From: Strigamia acuminata
Lineage: Eukaryota
Reading direction: 5' to 3'
NCBI GenBank assembly: GCA_949358305.1
Contig: OX442314.1
Coordinates: 29,946,001-30,010,000 of the forward strand
DNA length: 64,000 bases
Below the pieces are notes generated by a model, which was not told the DNA's origin, made no database searches, and saw only the letters and a program-made list of their open reading frames with translations. Shown here piece after piece: positions 44,865 through 59,600 of the stretch; the first letter of the stretch is position 1, and each line of letters begins with the position of its first letter. Both the position numbers and the translations under genes were made by a program.

Positions 44865-47104
44865 CTAATCAAGACAAGTGGTGCGAACTATAATCTCGGT
44901 TACAGCATAAGGATCACAATTGGAAGAAGGTCTACGATCTTCCAAATATCCTTTCTTATCTTCGGCCACACCGCGAGGAATTCGAATACTGGCACCACGA
45001 TTAGCAACTCCGGCTGAGAAATCATGAATACTTGAAGTTTCATGATGACCTTAAAAAAAAAAGAACATTTAATGATTAATATCTAAATAGTGGTCACTAA
45101 ATTGCATATCATATATTTAATGGTCGTGCCTTTGACTTTTTCGGTGTAACAACCCTTTGTTGTTCAATGCCAACTCAACTTTCAGTCATTAAATAACAAC
45201 CAGTTAATCCACACATTTTTAAAGCCAATAAATAATAATAAACAAAAGAAAATGATAATTTAGAATCCAAAAATAAACCTTACCGGTTAATCTTCGCTCA
45301 TTGTCCTTTCCCTGGTTTGGATCGTACGCTTTAATATGGTTTTCGTGGTTTTTGCCCAATTTCTCAATGGCTTTTTCAATATCTCTGCAAGTAAATCGCG
45401 AATTATGTAACAATTTACATCATAGGAATCGGCGGCACAGGACAATTTAACAAATTTAATTTCCTCAAAAGTATTCCCACTATACTTTGGGAAGTGTCAG
45501 TTATCGTCTATGCGTGTGCAGGATAAGCCTAATGCAATTTAACTCTCTCAAAGTGATTTAATAACTCGTTTAACAAAATAAAAGGCGTGCCGGTCACTTT
45601 TGTGCTTGTAAAAAGTGAAATTGTTGGGTTAGGGAGGTTAAAAATTAATTCTTACTGAAGTCCATTGTCATCTCTCATGGATTTGGTGCTGTAATTTGTG
45701 TGACACCCAGCACCATTCCAATTTCCAGGGATAGGTTTTGGATCGAGAGATGCAACGATGCCGAATTCTTCGGCTATTCGGTGGAGAAGGAAACGCGCCA
45801 TCCACAAATCATCACCCATGCTGATTCCTTCGCAAGGTCCAATTTGAAATTCCCACTGAAATCAAATTAATTAAATAATTAGGATATATATTTATAGAGA
45901 ATTAAAGGTTTCGTACAATTTTGGAGCTTTTTTTTTAAATTTTGAACTATTAAATTAGGAATTATCATCAAAAAATGATATTAGACACCAAATATGCACT
46001 AATTTGGGTCTAAATGTAATTATTAAAAGTTATTCACCTTTATATTTTTAATGATTTTGTATAAAAATTAAAAATGAATGAATTACCTGAGCTGGCATAA
46101 CTTCAGCATTAGTGCCGGCAATTTTAATTCCTGCGTACAGACAGGCTCGGTAGTGAGCTTCGACTACATCTCGGCCGAACACCTTATCGGCTCCAACACC
46201 GCAGTAATAAGGTCCTGTAGAAACAAATAAAAATGTATTCAATATTTAAAAAAAAAACATGTTTATTTAAATAATTTTTTTAAATGTCACCTTGGGGTCC
46301 AGGAAATCCATTTTTTGGCCAGCCAAAAGGATGTCCATCCACATCCAATAAAGTATACTCTTGCTCCATTCCAAACCACGGCTCGTAGCCTTTCACTTCT
46401 TCCATAACTTTGTTGCATGTTAAACGATGATTAGTATCTAAATGAATAAATAAATAAATATTTATAATTTAATTTTTAATTTTTCTGATATGTTACCCGT
46501 CGGCTTCTTATTATATTTGTACGTTTCGCACAAAACTAATTTGTTGTTTCCACCACGAAATGGATCGCGATAAATGGCTACCGGATAGAGATAAACATCG
46601 GAATTGGATCCTTCGGCCTGGTAAGTGCTCGAACCATCGTAATTCCAAATTGGTAATTCTATTTAAATAAATAAAAAATAAAAATCAATTAATTTGCTTT
46701 CCAAATTAATATTCTGCACCAATAAAAACAATTCAAAAATTCAAAACAAAAAATTCTGGCTCAAAACCAATTTTCTCAAATTACAATTTAAAAAAAAAAT
46801 CCAAACTATAATTCAAAATTGCATAAATTTAAATGCACAAGTGACCCAATTTAAAAAAAAATTAAATACAAATTATATATTTGGAATTTTATAACTTTAA
46901 TACACATTATATAATTGTATTATACACACCTGATGGACTTTTAGGTACAGTTGGGTGAGTGCGAGTTTTAGCCCTCAATCCTTCGCCAGTTCCATCAATC
47001 CACACATACATGCATTGGACCAGATCTTCAGGTTGGGCCAAATTCAAATATTTGGTCAAGATATTTTTATTGGTGACAACACTGGGAGAAATTGTCAATG
47101 TCAT
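44865..47104 (-). CDS. GS2: Glutamine synthetase (type II), 7 coding exons
   Basis: Exons 47104-46930, 46658-46497, 46437-46291, 46214-46087, 45855-45656, 45384-45284, 45049-44865; [77 protein letters not shown]; probable 5'UTR exon donor at 47721. Confidence 0.97.
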
Positions 47105-48062
47105 TCTTCACAATCTATATTTTTAAAAAAAAAAATCAAAAATCAAAATTATGAATATTTATAAATATTTCCGATAAAAACAAGGATTTTCCAAATAGAT
47201 AAAACATGATAGCCACAATCAAATCATGAGAAAAAAAATTAAAAACTAAACTGCAAACAGATTAAACCAATCAAAACCACTTAAATTTATCTCTGTATAA
47301 ATTGCCCGATACTCTTTCTCCTCCTTATCGCCTCACCAGTTGCAGAAAACGCAGAAAAACATCAAATATCCCTTCAAAATAAGCAAATAACCTTCAACTT
47401 ATGTCATATTCGTGCAGGAAGCACATTAAATTACATGCAATTTAATTTTTAAAAAAATATATATTTAATCAAACCAAAAAAATTGTTGTTTTCGATATTT
47501 TCCTTATGCAATTTCCACGTTCTCGCGTCCTTATTTCGAAATAAAATTTTATTAATTACATTCCCACACGTGGAAACATGCATAACATAATATTAAAACT
47601 AAACGAGCATGTGACGTTTTAAATAGCCGACTGCAATCACGTGCGCAAACACGGAAAGTTTTTTGAAAATGCAAACTCGAGAATTCGGTTTCGGAGACTC
47701 AGAGTTGAATTTCAGACTTACCGAAGTGTCCAAGCGAGAACAAAAGAGTGGAATAGAACTTCAGAGCACTTGTCGAGGCTTGAAAAGGTGTTCGCAGATC
47801 GGCAATCAGCTGTTTGAAGTACATGTGACCACTTGTTGCTGATTGGGCACCGGTATTTAAGGGTTCGTCCAAAATCGTGTCGAGAGGTATGACTCATTCA
47901 GCTGTGACGTTTCAAACAGCAATTAAATCGTTTTGTGTTTTTTTTTCTTCTTCCTGTTGGTTTCCAGCTCCAGATTTAAATTTTTGAATTTTGAGTTTTG
48001 GAAAAAATAAATTTTTTATTTATTTTTATTTATTTTTATTTATTTATTTTATTTTTGAGCAA

Positions 48063-48097
<35 letters not shown>

Positions 48098-48504
48098 AAA
48101 AATTGATTGGTTCAAAGTGGTTGCAGTAATTAAGAAAAATTGATTGATCCAAAGTGGTTGAAGTACAAGTAATTAAGAAAAATTGATTGACAATTATTGA
48201 GGTAGAAATAGAAACGTACAAATAAACTTTTTTGTGGAAAGAAATTCTCGATTTATTTATTTATTTAAAAAGTTTTAAAATTTTTTTTATTTTTTTTTGA
48301 AATTGATGCTTTGTGAGGGTAAATAAAGACTTGAGAAAGATTGTTGCCCTTTTTTTAGGTTTCGTCATGCTAAAATAGTAAAATACATAAAAGTTTAAGT
48401 GTTTTTGCCTTCGTGTGACATAGAAATCTCAATTCACACTTGCGCCACTAGGGCGCTCGTTTTAAAGGTGATGAGCATCCAGCAGGCGGCAGTTTGAAGG
48501 TTAA

Positions 48505-48938
48505 CCCTTCCAACCCTGAGATGGGTCATTTTGTGACCCTGTTTTAAAAAAATCATTATTTTTATAAGAAATAATTTTTTTTTCTCTCTGATTTTTGCTG
48601 ACTATTCCTTTGAAACATCACTAGACACTATACCACAGTTGAAACTTTTTTAATTTTTTAAGTTTTTCTATAATTTGAACTCAAAGTTTAACTGGGTCAA
48701 AAAAGACCCATCTTAGGATTCCAAAGGACATAAATTATGATCATCAGCAGGCTCCGCTAATGTCAATCATTGCCACCAGGTGTCGCAGCGGCCATCTTTG
48801 TTGTTGTCAAAAACACACGTGTTGGCCAAATTCCTTCGGAAATCTTTAAGACCCGGATTTTGCGCATGCGCAGAATCTGGGTCAAATAATGCCCATCTTA
48901 GGGAGAGATGGGAGGCCAATTCTTTCGGGTTGGAAGGG
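48505..48938. mobile_element. piggyBac-type MITE
   Basis: TTAA TSD on both sides, 12-bp TIR CCCTTCCAACCC/GGGTTGGAAGGG. Confidence 0.9.
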
Positions 48939-49376
48939 TTAATTATGAATTTAACGTTGGTGCAAATGCACCGATGCTAATATTGTCGTCATAAATGTCT
49001 CCACGTGTGAAAGTTACGGCGAAATTTGAACTCGGCAATTGAGTGATATTTTTTTATTTTTTTATTATTATCAAAGGTAATACGGCGCTTCACCACTTAG
49101 CACGCAGCATCAATGATTGCGAAGCGGCATGTGGTATTAATTTACTTGTTAGTGGTGCAAGTGAACTTCCGCACATGAATTTTGACGGATTGTATGAAGT
49201 ACATGTTAGTGTTTGATTGTTTGGATATTTTTTTGGTGATTTCGTTTCCACGGTTTTTATTATTTTAACCGTTCTAAAATATACTGGAATTTTAGTGTGA
49301 AAACATTTTATTTTGTATTTGCCGTCAGTTGTGTTGATTTTGATGCATTGGATTTTTTTTTGTACGATTCCCTTAC

Positions 49377-49490
49377 GAAATCGAAGAAAAATGGGACAAA
49401 ATAGATGGAAAAGTACGAAATCGAAGGAAAATGGGACAAAATAGATGGAAAAGTACGAAATCGAACGAAAATGGGACAAACTATAGAAGG
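49377..49490. repeat. ~40-bp tandem repeat, ~3 copies
   Basis: GAAATCGAAGAAAAATGGGACAAAATAGATGGAAAAGTAC repeated. Confidence 0.75.
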
Positions 49491-50662
49491 AAAAAGGATA
49501 CAAAACAGAAGGAAAAGGATTCTAAACAGAGTGCCAAATTCAGTTTGTTTTTTAGGAAACATTTCGTGTAAAAAAATAATACCGATAGTAATAAAGTCAG
49601 GAAAAAGGAGGAAACGAATATATTCCCACAAATACCGGTAAAAACCATTACACTTTCCTTTCTTACTTGCCTGCCATTTTCTTTCTCTTTCAATACAATA
49701 CAACTCTTTCTAGCCAATCTAGTGCTTTCAGTGGTGCACTGAGGGCGCCACCTATCCGACAGCAAGTTGACCCACACACAAATCTATCTCCCAGCTATAG
49801 TATTCAAGTAACCTTGCTCCCAGCTATTCACGTTAATGCAGGACTAATTAGTCAAACTCACCACAAACCACACAACTGAAAATAAAATATTTTCCTTTTT
49901 CTTCAAGAAAACTATTTATTTAAATTTATTATTTAAATTTCGAAACTTTTATTTACATTTTTGTTAGAGACGTTAAATAAAATAGTACAAAACCTACCAA
50001 AAATTAATTCCATGCTTTCAGATGCTTTTTCTCTTGATTTTTAAAGCAGGAATGTCTTCAACTTGTTGCTTCTTATCTGTAATCCACTTCGAGACGTCCG
50101 TAGCTCGCCCATTTTAAATTCCAAACCACCACCAATCAGAACGACTCCTTTTTCTCCTCACCCCACCTCAATGAACCACAAAAAGAACGAGAAACTGATA
50201 CGTCATTTCAAGTCGACTCGCTACTTCGAACCCCAGCAACAAGTTCGTTGTTTAGTCACGTGACCTGGATAGTCACGCATAACTGACAATAACTCTGATC
50301 CCAGGCTGATTATTAACAATGCACTAATTGAAAAGCGCACCTAATTGCCACAGCTAAAACGTGGATCGTTCGAAGTGGTGAACAACAAACGAAAATTCTA
50401 CGAATTCCAATTGCACTCGAATGATAGACACAGAGTGCTCGCAACTGATGCGAATTGTTGAAGGTGCGGAGCATCCGAAAACAACTTTTTTGGATTTTAA
50501 ATGGTGAGTGAATTTAGAAGAAGAAAAACAAGTTTTTCTTGGCACACAGATTTATTGGCTTTCATTGCAATAGCATTTTGGTGAATGGTTGAGCAAATGG
50601 AATTCGCATTTCAACGCTAGAAGCCTCCAAGCTGTTTCTCCATTGGCAGAATTAAATGCGAG

Positions 50663-53600
50663 ATGTGTACGTGGCCCGCAGCTTCACGTTCCTTAAAAAC
50701 AGGTCAGTGACATTGAATGAAAAAGTGCATTGGAATAAACTGTTCGTTGAAATTGATTGTTTGATCGGAATAATTAATTATTTTACTTTGGATGAATCGT
50801 AGCGCGGCTTCTTCGGAGTCCTACACGGGGGTCGACGATCAGTCATGTTGCATCGGATTTAGAAATCGGTTACAAATCAAATAGAATCCTACAATTTGCA
50901 GATTTGCTATACGAGATCTGTGTTAAAATTTGGTTGATTCGCTGATTTGCAACTGATTTGCTTGATTTGCAGTTAATTTACTGGATTCGCAGCTGATTTA
51001 CCAGATTTGCAACTGAATTTGCAGATTTGAAACTGAATTTGCAGATTTGTAACAGAATTTGCAGATTTGTAACAGAATTTGCAGATTTGTAACAGAATTT
51101 GCAGATTTGCAATTGAATTTGCAGATTTGAGATTGAGTTTGCAGATTTGTAATTGAATTTGCAGATTTGCAACTGAATTTGCAGATTTGCAACTGAATTT
51201 GCAGATTTGCAACTGAATTTGCAGATTTGCAACTGAATTTGCAGATTTGCAACTGAATTTGCAGGTTTGCAACTGAATTTGCAGATTTGCAACTGAATTT
51301 GCAGATTTGCAACTGAATTTGCAGATTTGCAACTGAATTTGCAGATTTGCAACTGAATTTGCAGATTTGCAACTGAATTTGCAGATTTGCAACTGATTTG
51401 CTGGATTTGCGGCTGATTCGGCTGATTTGCCAGATTTGCTGCTGATTTTCTGGATTTAATGCAGCTGATTTTCTGGGTTTTTAGCAGATTTACAGCCGAT
51501 TTGCTGGAATGCAGCAGATTTGCTGGATTTTTAGCTGATTTGCCAGATTTTCAGCTGTTTTGTTAGATTTTTTAGCAGATTTACCAGATTTTTTTTAGTA
51601 GATTTACCGGATTTTTTTAGTAGATTTACCAGATTTTTTTAGTAGATTTACCACATTTTTTAGTAGATTTACCAGATTTTTTTAGTAGATTTACCACATT
51701 TTTTAGTAGATTTACCAGATTTTTTTAGTAGATTTATCCGATTTTTTTTAGTAAATTTACCAGATTTTTTAGTAGATTTACCAGATTTTTTTAGTAGATT
51801 TACCAAATTTTTTTAGTAGATTTACCAGATTTTTTTAGTAGATTTACCAGATTTTTTTAGTAGATTTACCAGATTTTTTTAGTAGATTTACCAGATTTTT
51901 TAGTAGATTTACCAGATTTTTACATGTTTTGCTGTATCTGTAAAGACAGAATTGAATTGCTTTTCTAGACTGACAAGTGAGTTAAATCAAAATTGTGTAA
52001 AAACAGAATTTGGCATACATGCAAAAATGACAAAGTATGACTAAACTAGAAGCCGCAATTACACACCGCGAAACTTTCCCCAACCCTCACATCGCGCCAC
52101 CATCCATAATAACACAACTTTCTAATTTCCATATTCAGGGCCTGAAAGCATCCTCCACCAAAACCGTCGTCAAAAGAAACGATGCAGCTTCGGAGTCCGC
52201 ACGGTGGAACTGGAACGCAGCAAATCCGGCTACGGCTTCACCATATCCGGCCAATACCCGTGCATCCTCAGCTGCATAGTCAGCCAGAGCCCCGCGGAGC
52301 GCGTCGGACTGCGTCCAGGAGACTACCTCATCGCCGTCAACAACAAAAACGTATCGAAATCACTCCACGACGACGTGGTCCGACTCATCGGCAACTCCAC
52401 CGGCGTCTTGAAACTCCAAATAGCCGACAACTACTACACCGACTCATCGGGCGACGAACAAATCACGATCGTGCGCCCAAAGCTGAAATACCCGAACCGA
52501 ACCAAACACGCGCTCAGCCAGATCCGCGCGGAAAAAGTCGTCGAGGACCTCCAAGCCGGTCTCCTATTCAAATCCGAGCGCTCCGCCAAACAACACGACT
52601 ACAAAAACATCACCGACGCGCAGCTACTCATGCACCAAACGCTCAACGCGAATAAAATCAACGAAAAGGAGAATTGTTACATCGAGGACGAAGTGAATTC
52701 GCTCATGTACGCCTCGCTCCACCAGGTGCAACCGAAGTGCGAGGACGACGCGTTTTACCGGGCCGTAGTCGGCTACCTGGGCACGATAGAGATGCCGAAG
52801 GACTTGCAGATTCCGCGCTTGCAAGCCATCCGCAACTGCATCCGGAGGTTGCGCGTGGAGAAAAAGGTGCACATTTTGGTCCTCCTGTCGGTTTACCACG
52901 AGAAAGTGACTCTGATCAACCTGCGCGGCACCAAAGTGGCCGAGTATCCGTCGGAGAAGATCACCTACTCCGGGATCTACGCCAACGACAAGAAGTTCTT
53001 CGGTTTGGTCACGAGCAACGAGAAACGCACGCGCAGTTCGTGTCACGTGTTCATAGTGGAGTCGAAGATGAAATTGCATTCGATCCATCTGCAAGGAGCG
53101 CGAACGTTCAACATGAAATGCAATTTGAACTCGGGTTGCGAGTTTCCCGAGACGGCGGAACCGATTCTGTGCGCCATTTCCAGTTTGTACCGCAACCGGG
53201 CCAACGGGGGGTCTTTCGGACTGATAGACGTTACTTTGACCAATAGGAGCAACACTAGCAGTAACAGCAGTAACAGTGACAGCGGGATCGGCTTCCGGGA
53301 CGACTTTCACCATCAGAAGGACAGTGTGTTTGTTGTGCACGATAATAGTCACGCGAAGAGGACTAGCGGCGTGCAAAGTCCGGCGACTGTTTCGCTGAAC
53401 CAGGGGGAGAACAGGCTGACGGTTCGGGCGATGCCGAATCCGATCGGACTGTTGAACGGTTCGTCGGGGAGGAATAGTTGCAATTTTGAGCGGAACAGCT
53501 TCCACAAGTACGCGCCGAATAAGAAGGAGAAGGGGAAGAGTAATTTGCGGCCGAGTTTGATCCGGCCGATGATCGCGATGACGCCGAAGCGAATGTCGCC

Positions 53601-56600
53601 GAATTTGGCGGAGAATAAATTGAGCCCGAAAGTGTACGGCGTCAAATATCCCAATCAGTTGACAGGAAGAGATATAATGGCTGGGACGGCAGCTGCTGTC
53701 GACAATTGCTACGATCTGTCATGCAAGATGGAGATGGATGACTGCAAATTAAAGGATGGTAGTCAGGAAGTAAATCCGAGTGAAGGTCGCTATGAAACAT
53801 CCGAGTCGGATGCTGAAGAGGTAAGTCAGCGTGAGTTTGGATGGTTGAATAACATAATTTATCTATTTATCCGAGTAGTTTACACCTTGAATATTATATA
53901 AACATAAATTTGTCGTTTTAGTTTCTTTTTGTTCAATTTAGATATTTATTTTAGTCGTTTTGTTTTGTTTAGACATTTATTTTAGTCGTTTTGTTTTGTT
54001 TAGACATTTATTTTAGTCGTTTTGTTTTGTTTAGACATTTATTTTAGTCGTTTTGTTTTGTTTAGACATTTATTTTAGTCGTTTTGTTTCATTTAGACAT
54101 TTTTTTAAAATCGTTTTCTTCAATTTAGCATTTTTAAAAATCGTTTTCTTCAATTTAGACATTTTTTTTAAATCGTTTTCTTCAATTTAGACATTTTTTT
54201 TAAATCGTTTTTTTCAATTTAGACATTTTTTTTAGTCTTTTTCTTCAATTTAGACATTTTTTTAGTCGTTTTCTTCAACTTAGACATTTATTTTAGTCCT
54301 TTTCTTCAATTTAGACATTTTTTAAAAATAGTTTTCTTCAATTTAGACATTTTAAAAATCGTTTTCTTCAATTTAGACATTTTTAAAATCGTTTTCTTCA
54401 ATTTAGACATTTTTAAAATCTTTTTCTTCAATTTAGACATTTTTAAAATTGTTTTCTTCAATTTAGACATTTTTTCTAGTGGTTTATACTGGTACAGCAG
54501 TAGGGCCCTGAAAAACAATTTTAAATCAGTTGGAGGCCCCAATAATTGCTTCAAAAAGAGACAAAACGTTGAAAAAAGCCCTTCCACTCCTTTTAAGGGC
54601 CACAAAAACATTTGGGGGTTCCCTATCATTTATTTTATTTGGATCATTCGGGTTCAGTGGATCATAAATTGACGAAAACAATACAAACATGAGTTTGAGT
54701 TATCTGGCAAAGACCTAATGTGAATGTTTAACCTTGGTCTTTAATTTGGTGATGAAACACCCATAGGATATTGTGGTTCAGCCTTATTTAATCGCAGGAA
54801 ATGGGCTGTTTGCTAAGTTATTTTAATTAAGAATTTTAGTTTGATACTGTATCAACTTTATTGCACTTTTCTCCGTCTCCTTTTATCTGTCTGAGATTTT
54901 TCCTCTCTCGCTCGCCAACTTAATAACAAAAAAAAGTTTTTTCTCTTTTTTTTTAAAAAAAAAAATTGAAAATATTTTCCATCGTTTTCCACCAAAACAA
55001 TTTTTATAATCGAATCTTGTTTTTCAAAGTTCCTGCCTCTTCAGGAAGTGCACAAGTTTAAATTCCCAGTACAGTTAAAAACATGTTTTAATTGAGGATT
55101 TGTTGAGGAAAAAACTCTTCATTCGCTGTAATTTATTTGACGGGTAACGTTTCGAATTCGCATTTCTTTTTCTTTGGTTTTTCAATTTTAATTTATCACT
55201 AGTCACCTGGTTAAGTGGATTGAAAGGTTATAATTTGCAGTCTTAAGCCAAGTTCATTCACATTTTAATGGATTCCGAGTGTTTTCCAGCAACTAATTTA
55301 CGCTTTTTCACCATTTTCAGGACTATTCACAAGTGGATAACAAGTGGATTAGGATCTCATCACCTCCAACCTGTAAACAAGTACAACTGCATTCCACTGA
55401 GGTGAACTTTTAAATTTTCATACTAGTTACGAGTTCATTAATAAATATGTGTTTCTCTTTTTTTTTTCTTTTTTAATTTATTCATATTTTATGTTTGTTA
55501 AACCATATTTTTTTTTTATTCAATTAGGCTGATGGGATATCCAACTGTGAAGATTTGGTTAATGGTAAATCATCGAGCAATATGATGGGATTAGGCGTAA
55601 ATAATGCGAAATCGCTCGCTACGCAAGGAAGTCGAGTAGCGAATTGGGCCTTGAGTTTTGACAGGCTTTTAGAGGATCCTGCTGGAGTGCACACTTTTGC
55701 TGTATGTAGAATAAATACAACCATTTTTGTTTTTCACGGTAGATAAAGTTTGAGAAATAATAACAAGCAATAGTTGCATTCAAAAAGTCGTGTTGTAAAT
55801 CTTATGTGTTTGTGTTTTTGATTTGTGGTGTTCAAAGATACAAAAACAAACGCACAAACACCGAAAAACTAAAAATATGACTTTTTGAACGCCAGCTAAT
55901 GTGTATCTTTTTAAAAAAAAATTATAAATAAGCCGTGTTAAATTTTAATTAAATTTAAATTAAATTAATTTATTCTTTTATTGTAACTTATTGCTTTGTT
56001 GTTGTTTAATTTTCAATTTCCTTGTTATTTCTCTGGTTTCTGTTATATTTCTTATTTTCTCATGTTTCCATGTTAAACCTAACTTAAGTAATTAATTTAA
56101 TTTAATTTATTTTAATTTATTTTATTTTTAAATCAAAATGGTGTTAAAAATGACCGTGTAAAGGTTTTGAACTATTTTGTTTTGTTCTTTTTATTTCAGG
56201 TGTTTCTGAAACGGGAATTCAGTTTCGAGAACATACGGTTTTGGGTAGCGTGCGAACGGTACAAAGTTTTCGCCGTTACCGAAGAGGTAAAACTGTACGT
56301 CACACCAATTTTCCAATCGTTCTCATTTGTTTTTCAATTCAGTTGATGAGAATTAAAGCAAGAGAGATATTCCAACGCCATTTATGTATCGGCGCGAGCG
56401 AACCCGTCAACGTGGACAGCCAAGCCCAACAAATCGCCGAGGAAAATTTGGACAATCCAGACACAGAAATTTTCATTCCGGCACAAAAACAAGCGAGTTT
56501 TTAAATATATAACCTATTAATTCGATACTAAATTCTAATTCTTCTCTTTTTAGATTTACAATTTGATGAAATTTGACTGTTATCTCCGTTTCTTAAAATC

Positions 56601-59600
56601 TTCCATTTACAAAGACACTTTGGTCAAAGAGATCAGTGACGAGACATTACTACAAACAGGAGATGACGACTTGGATCCAAGTTTACCCTACACAGACAAC
56701 AACATTCCAATCAAGGTAAAAACACCCAGCGCCATCTTGGATCCGGTTTGCTTTCAAATAAAATGAATAATGCGAACGTCGAATTCAACAGGGACAAAAG
56801 GACAGGATTATGTTCGAAGAACACAGGCGGAAATCTCTACTGTCTTGGAACCGAGCAAAGAAAACTGAAAATGGCGACCCCAGAAAGTCGACGCGGAAAA
56901 AACGCAAAGATAAAAAAGACGATGCAATGTCCGAAACGCACGGTAGCCGCTCTTCGCTAGCAAATGGGGATTTGGCCACAATACAGCGATATACATCATC
57001 GAGAGAGGTAACAAGATTTTATACACGAGTTCGATGTTTAACCCTTCCAACCCTAAGATGGGTCTTTTTGTGACACCATTTTAAAAAACGTCCAACGTGA
57101 ACGTATTATTTTATGTAAAATTAATTTTTTTTATCTGATTTTTGCTGACTATTCCTTTGAAACATCACGAGACACTACACGATAAATTAAAATATTTTTA
57201 ATTTTTTAATTTTGTCTGTAATTTGAAACGAAAGATTAACTGCGTCAAAAAAGACGCATCTTAGGAGTCTATAGGACATAAACCCGTGTCCCTTAATTGC
57301 TAAAGTCTGGCTCTGTCTAGATATATTTAACGGGTTTTGACATTTTTCAGTCGCTGAATGGCATCGAGTCTTATTTTTCTGAAGACGGCTGCACGCTGTG
57401 TCGAGTGTTGCTTCCCGACGAGTCTACCGCGGTCGTACAAACTAAATGCGGGGAATCCGTGCTGAGTATCCTGAGAAATCTGACTCGCCGAAGAAATTTG
57501 GATTACACAGCCGTGGATGTTTTTCTCGCCGATTCAAACAAGGTATGACGACCGAATAGGTTTGCCATTCCACGGTTTGATCATCCTTTTTATCCCAGAC
57601 GATTGGATCGTACGAAGATTCCCGGATTCTCTGTAATCTTGAAATCCGCATCGAAGAACGCACGCTGTTTCGCCTTACACTGCCGAATAAAAAGACACTA
57701 GTCCTCAAAAATGACTGCAACCAAATTATCCGAGATGCTTTACGGGCAGTTTTAAATCGGTGTGGATTTAAGATGGAATCGGTAGTAGTAACGGTAAGTT
57801 ATACCACAGTGGAGGTGGCGTGTGAAATGTGACTGTTAATTCTGTTTTTGCTGTTCAGACGTGCAACAATCAAGAGATTGATATGAATTTACCAGCTAAG
57901 AGTTTTGATAAGCAAGGTTTAGTGGTTGATTTCAAGGAGAAGCAGTTGGAATGGGGTTCTAATGCCGCAATACGACGTAAAGCCGATGATGTTGATCCGA
58001 CGTTAAGACTGTTCGACGACATCCTGAATGAAAAAGTGCAACCTCAGTGGGATGAATACGGTGTTTGGGATGTGGAGAAAATTGTAATTATGTTTTTTTT
58101 TAATTGTTTTCTGTACTTATCGGGTTGTTTTGTTGTTTGTAGAATGATAATAAGAACAGTTTGGAACGGATGTCAGCTGGAATTCTGGGTGTCGTGAGGC
58201 GAAATTCGCTTCATTTCGAGCGGGATATTAAGAAGTTTAAGAATAAAAATCGAGCGTCGATACATGAATCGCTTAATCACAGAATAGTGCAACAACCGGT
58301 CACGGAAAAGCCGCCCATTCACAAAGGGTACAAGAAAGAAAAAGAAAACGAAGGTACAAACGGTAATTGAAATAGAAAACTTATCAGTAGCCAGTAGGGT
58401 AAATTGTTTGTCGAAATTCATCAAAAATTTTCCCGAATTTTGACCAAATTCATCAAAAATATCCCGAATTTTGTCGAAATTCATCAAAAAATTATCAAAT
58501 TTTGTCAAAATTCATCAAAAAATTATCAAATTTTGTCAAAATTCATCAAAAAATTATCAAATTTTGTCAAAATTCATCAAAAAATTATCAAATTTTGTCA
58601 AAATTCATCAAAAAATTATCAAATTTTGTCAAAATTCATCAAAAAATTATCAAATTTTGTCAAAATTCATCAAAAAATTATCAAATTTTGTCAAAATTCA
58701 TCAAAAAATTATCAAATTTTGTCAAAATTCCTCCAATTTTGTCAGAATCCATCAAAAATTCCTCAAATTTTGTCAAAATCCATCAAAAAATTATAAAATT
58801 TTGTCAAAATTCATCAAAAAAATTATAAAATTTTGTCAAAATCCATCAAAAAATTATAAAATTTTGTCTAAATCCATCAAAGAATTTTCAAATTTTGTCA
58901 AAATCCATCAAAAAATTCTCAAATTTTGTCAAAATCCATCAAAAAATTCTCCAAATTTGTCAAAAATCCATCAAAATCTCATACATTTATTTCCTTCAGA
59001 TTTATATCAAGTGTGGGAACGAGCCCAAAGAAGTCGCTTAGACGACCAACGAGGCACTGAAATCAACTTCGACATGCCCGACTTTCTCAAACCCCAACCG
59101 AAGAAACCACCACTAGAAAACCGTTCCAGCGAGCCATCAATCAGAACAAAATACTACAACGATCCAAACAACCAAGTAGTCATAGACGACTTCTCCGGAA
59201 ATTCCGTCATTCCAACTGTCGACCAAGCCGAAGACTTCTTCTCCGCCAAATCAGCCGACTCCATATACTTCACCTCGAAAGACGAACAGCCATATTTCTC
59301 GACAAAAAAACTCTCCCTCACGTCCAAACCGTCCATGCAATTTCCCGCAACCAAAGTGTCAATGGCCAAGCCGGAACGAACACTTTCATTTCCCGACCCC
59401 AACATGCAGAATCTGCCGCCAGACAACAAGGACGATTCATTGACGCCGTCTAAGATTTCGCCGCCTTCCAACATCAACGACACGTCTCTGCACGTCGAGG
59501 AAGCGAATTTCACGCCGCCCCCGCGACTCCAATTGCCGACGCCGCCCAACACTCCGCCGCCGTTGCCGCCTAAGCCGAAATACTACCCGCCGAGGCCGAG

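Noticed and set aside
50501..50509. ATG|GTGAGT as the first coding exon of loco
   Set aside because: Phase incompatible with the 52139 acceptor frame; more likely a UTR exon donor
52624..53505. 293-aa antisense ORF (and 11935-12576)
   Set aside because: Shadow of GC-rich coding sequence on the opposite strand; no motifs
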